From positions 1 to 64,000 of the forward strand of contig CBDHEC010000046.1 of assembly GCA_965261975.1 (NCBI GenBank): a stretch of DNA of 64,000 nt. The letters are read 5' to 3'. Source of the stretch: Alphaproteobacteria bacterium. GTDB lineage: Bacteria > Pseudomonadota > Alphaproteobacteria > UBA6615. Below, piece after piece: positions 60,799 through 64,000 of this stretch. Numbering within the stretch: position 1 is the first letter of the stretch; the number at the start of each line of letters is the position of its first letter. The translations under genes and the position numbers were made by a program. A model generated the notes under the pieces. That model saw only the letters and a list, made by a program, of their open reading frames with translations, ran no database searches and was not told the origin of the DNA.

Positions 60799-62064
60799 CT
60801 ACTGGTTCATCGTGTCGTAGAAGTCGTTGTTGTTCTTGGTCGACTTCATCTTGCCGAGCAGGAACTCCATGCCGTCGACGACCCCCATGGGGTTGAGGAT
60901 CCGGCGGAGCACCCACATCTTCGAGAGCGCGTCCTTGTCGACCAGGAGCTCTTCCTTGCGCGTGCCCGACTTGGTGATGTCGATGGACGGCCAGACGCGC
61001 TTGTCGGAAAGCTTGCGGTCGAGGACGATTTCCGAGTTACCGGTGCCCTTGAACTCCTCGAAGATGACCTCGTCCATGCGCGAGCCGGTCTCGATCAGCG
61101 CGGTCGAGATGATCGTCAGGGAGCCGCCCTCCTCGATGTTGCGGGCGGCACCGAAGAAACGCTTCGGGCGCTGCAGGGCGTTGGCGTCCACGCCGCCGGT
61201 CAGCACCTTGCCCGAGGACGGGACGACGGTGTTGTAAGCGCGTGCGAGACGCGTGATCGAATCCAGGAGAATCACCACGTCGCGCTTGTGCTCGACCAGG
61301 CGCTTGGCCTTGGCGATCACCATCTCGGCGACCTGCACATGGCGCGAGGCCGGCTCGTCGAAGGTGGAGGAGATCACCTCACCGCGCACGGTGCGCTGCA
61401 TGTCGGTCACCTCTTCCGGCCGCTCGTCGATCAAGAGCACGATCAGGTAGATATCCGGATGATTGGCCATGATCGCCTTGGCGATGTTCTGCATCATCAC
61501 GGTCTTACCGGTGCGCGGCGGTGCGACGAGCAGGGCGCGCTGGCCCATGCCGAGGGGGGCCACCATGTCGATGACGCGGCATGACGGGTCCTTCATCTCG
61601 GGATCGTCGATTTCCAGCTCGATCTTCCGCTCGGGATAGAGCGGGGTCAGGTTGTCGAAGTTCACCCGGTGCTTGGTGTGGTCCACATCGTCGAAGTTGA
61701 CCTGGGCGACCTTGACCAGGGCGAAGTAACGCTCGCCATCCTTGGGAGAGCGGATCTCGCCCTCGACCGTGTCGCCCGTGCGCAACGCAAAACGCCGCAC
61801 CTGGCTGGGGGAGACGTAGATATCGTCGGGGCCCGGCAGGAAATTGGATTCCGGCGAGCGCAGGAAGCCGAAGCCGTCCTGCAGCACCTCGAGCACGCCG
61901 ATGCCGGTGATCGGCACCTCGTCTTCCGCGAGTTCCTTGAGGATCGCGAACATCATGTCCTGGGTGCGCAGATTGCTCGCGCCCTCGATCTCGAGTTCCT
62001 CGGCGAAGGCGAGGAGATCGGCGGCGGATTTGTCTTTGAGGTCTTGGAGTTTCATTGCTTCCAT
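60799..62064 (-). CDS. rho: Transcription termination factor Rho
   Basis: [34 protein letters not shown]. Confidence 0.98.
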   Translation of the reverse strand: MEAMKLQDLKDKSAADLLAFAEELEIEGASNLRTQDMMFAILKELAEDEVPITGIGVLEVLQDGFGFLRSPESNFLPGPDDIYVSPSQVRRFALRTGDTVEGEIRSPKDGERYFALVKVAQVNFDDVDHTKHRVNFDNLTPLYPERKIELEIDDPEMKDPSCRVIDMVAPLGMGQRALLVAPPRTGKTVMMQNIAKAIMANHPDIYLIVLLIDERPEEVTDMQRTVRGEVISSTFDEPASRHVQVAEMVIAKAKRLVEHKRDVVILLDSITRLARAYNTVVPSSGKVLTGGVDANALQRPKRFFGAARNIEEGGSLTIISTALIETGSRMDEVIFEEFKGTGNSEIVLDRKLSDKRVWPSIDITKSGTRKEELLVDKDALSKMWVLRRILNPMGVVDGMEFLLGKMKSTKNNNDFYDTMNQ

Positions 62065-62329
62065 GGGGGATGCCAGTTCTGTCTGGGAAATACGACGCGC
62101 CCTATCGGTGGGGAACCGAATTTTCGGGGGCGTTTGAATGTGTCAGCGAAAGATCGTGGACGCCGACGGGAACGCCGGTGGAAAACGACTTATGCGGAAG
62201 GGTGCGCGCGTTGGGTACTCTCTTGTGCGCGCCATTATTACGCACTTAGTGGGCGTGCTGCGTCAAGTCAATCCTTGTGACGGTTATGGGGCAATCTCGT
62301 GACGCCGGCACGCGGCGCGAAATACCGGC

Positions 62330-62779
62330 CTAGAACGGCCGGGCGATGATCATGAAAACAATCACGATCATGAGCACCGTCGGCACCTCGTTGGCGAGGC
62401 GGTAAGTCCTGGCCGGGCGGGTGTTGGCGTCGGCGGCGAATTCCTTGAACCATTTGGCAAACACATGATGGGCCACGGTCATGCCCGTGATCGCGGCGAG
62501 CTTGACCCAGATCCAGCCCGACCCCCAATCGACGACACCGGGCGTGCCCAACAGCAGCCCGCCGAAGATGAATGTCGCAATCATCGCCGGGTTCATGATC
62601 GCGCGCAGCAGGCGCCGCTCCATGACCTTGAAGGTCTCGGACTTGTCGGACCCCGGCGCGGCGTCGCAGTGATAGACGAACAGGCGCGGCAGATAGAGCA
62701 TCCCTGCCATCCAGGAGATCACGGAGATCACATGGAGCGACTTGATCCAGGGATAGGCCGCGACGAGAAAATCACCCAT
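62330..62779 (-). CDS. hemJ: Protoporphyrinogen oxidase HemJ
   Basis: LHVISVISWMAGMLYLPRLFVYH, NEVPT. Confidence 0.95.
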   Translation of the reverse strand: MGDFLVAAYPWIKSLHVISVISWMAGMLYLPRLFVYHCDAAPGSDKSETFKVMERRLLRAIMNPAMIATFIFGGLLLGTPGVVDWGSGWIWVKLAAITGMTVAHHVFAKWFKEFAADANTRPARTYRLANEVPTVLMIVIVFMIIARPF

Positions 62780-62782
62780 GAG

Positions 62783-63850
62783 TCAGGATCCAGCATGCGC
62801 CGATGATGCCGCAACCGGGCATTTCGACCATTCGGCCGCGCAGACGCGGCCGCTTTTTGCCAACGGGTCGCCACTGCAGATATCACAGCCCGCCGCGATG
62901 TTCCCGCGCACCTGATCGGCCAGCCCCGCGATGAACGCCGGGGCGGTGTCCACGGTCGGGACACGGATATATTCGGCCACCCCGGCCCTGTCGGCCAGCT
63001 CGCGATACTCGATGTCGAGCTCGACGAGGGTCTCCGAATGTTCCGACACGAAAGCGATCGGCACGATGACCACGGATTTCCCGTCCGCCCCGGCGCGCTC
63101 GATCTCGTCGTCGGTCGAGGGGCCGATCCATTCGAGCGGGCCGACCCGGCTCTGGTAACAGCACAGCCAATCGAGCTCCTGCCCGAGACTTTCCATCACG
63201 GCGGCAGCGGTCTGTTCCACCTGGGACTGATAGGGATCACCACCCTCGACGATCTGCTTCGGCAGACCATGGGCGGAAAACAGCACGCGCACATCCTTGG
63301 TATCACGCGATACCCCTTCCAGGGCCGAGGCCAGCAATCCGCTCACCGCGCCGATGAAGCCCGGGTCGGTCGGGTAACAGCACAACGCCGTCACGGGAAT
63401 ATCGAGCTTCTGCTTGCGCGCCGCCCGCGCCCAGACCCGCATCATGGAACCCACCGTGGTGGTCGAGAATTGCGGATAAAGCGGCAGCAGAACAATCCGG
63501 TCCGGCTGCGCCGCGATGACCTCTTCCATCACGGCATCGCACATCGGGTGCCAGTAGCGCATGGCGACGAAGCATTTGTATTCCCCGCCGCCATCCGCGT
63601 TCATCACAGATTCCAGTGCGTCGGCCTGGGCGCGGGTGTTGGCGAGCAGGGGCGATCCGCCGCCGATGTTGGCGTATATCTCCCGGGCGATGGGTGCGCG
63701 CTTGCGCGAGATGACCTGGGCCAGCAACCAGCGGATGGGCGTGGGCGCACCGATGATCATCGGATCGTTGAACAGGTTGAACAGAAACGGCCGGACGTCA
63801 TCGGGCCCGTCGGGTCCGCCCAGATTGTAGAGGATAACGGCGGTGGTCAT
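62783..63850 (-). CDS. hemH: Ferrochelatase
   Basis: NLGGP, GGSPL, LPLYPQFS, FSAHGLP, QSRVGPLEW, FVSEHSETL.ELD. Confidence 0.96.
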   Translation of the reverse strand: MTTAVILYNLGGPDGPDDVRPFLFNLFNDPMIIGAPTPIRWLLAQVISRKRAPIAREIYANIGGGSPLLANTRAQADALESVMNADGGGEYKCFVAMRYWHPMCDAVMEEVIAAQPDRIVLLPLYPQFSTTTVGSMMRVWARAARKQKLDIPVTALCCYPTDPGFIGAVSGLLASALEGVSRDTKDVRVLFSAHGLPKQIVEGGDPYQSQVEQTAAAVMESLGQELDWLCCYQSRVGPLEWIGPSTDDEIERAGADGKSVVIVPIAFVSEHSETLVELDIEYRELADRAGVAEYIRVPTVDTAPAFIAGLADQVRGNIAAGCDICSGDPLAKSGRVCAAEWSKCPVAASSAHAGS

Positions 63851-64000
63851 GTGCCGGCGTTCCATTCGCGAACGATCTCGGCGAGGCGTTCGACATGAGA
63901 AAACGGCGTGTCCTTATGGATCCCGTGCGCCAGGTTGAAGACGAACGGCCCCGCGCCCAGGCCGTCGAGAATTTCCCGCGCCGCTTGCTCCATCTCTTCG
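63847..64000 (-). CDS. hemE: Uroporphyrinogen decarboxylase, C-terminal part
   Basis: Manual translation ..GPFVFNLAHGIHKDTP.SHVERL..; ATGA overlap with hemH. Confidence 0.88.
   Translation of the reverse strand, partial: EEMEQAAREILDGLGAGPFVFNLAHGIHKDTPFSHVERLAEIVREWNAGT

Overview
GC-rich alphaproteobacterial chromosome segment (Rhodospirillales-like gene order), close to the replication origin. The right half is the conserved core block hemE-hemH-hemJ-rho...mnmE-mnmG-rsmG-parA-parB, with two perfect parS palindromes (one inside rsmG), plus holA-lptE-leuS, a porin, yggS, ribA and a CenR-like regulator. The middle holds tRNA-Gly, cnoX, ubiH, glnK-amtB and dapC-ftsK-lolA-xth. Two accessory modules stand out. 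(1) At 5.9-9.7 kb is a photo-oxidative-stress island: small membrane protein, FeS photolyase/cryptochrome, SDR and an rpoH paralogue. It carries three xxATCC-N16-CGTA (RpoE/ECF11-type) promoters, and one of them drives an unannotated, self-terminated 26-codon ORF or sRNA. (2) At 28.9-35.2 kb is a co-oriented cyclic-nucleotide/ABC/glycosylation cluster of unknown function (MBL hydrolase, cyclase-like N-terminus, glycosyltransferase tail, deacetylase, ABC parts, cNMP-binding protein, methyltransferase-like protein). It shows two abrupt gene-to-gene junctions and a homopolymer frameshift. No integrase, transposase, prophage, CRISPR array or rRNA was seen. All family assignments come from motif recognition only; no database search was run.
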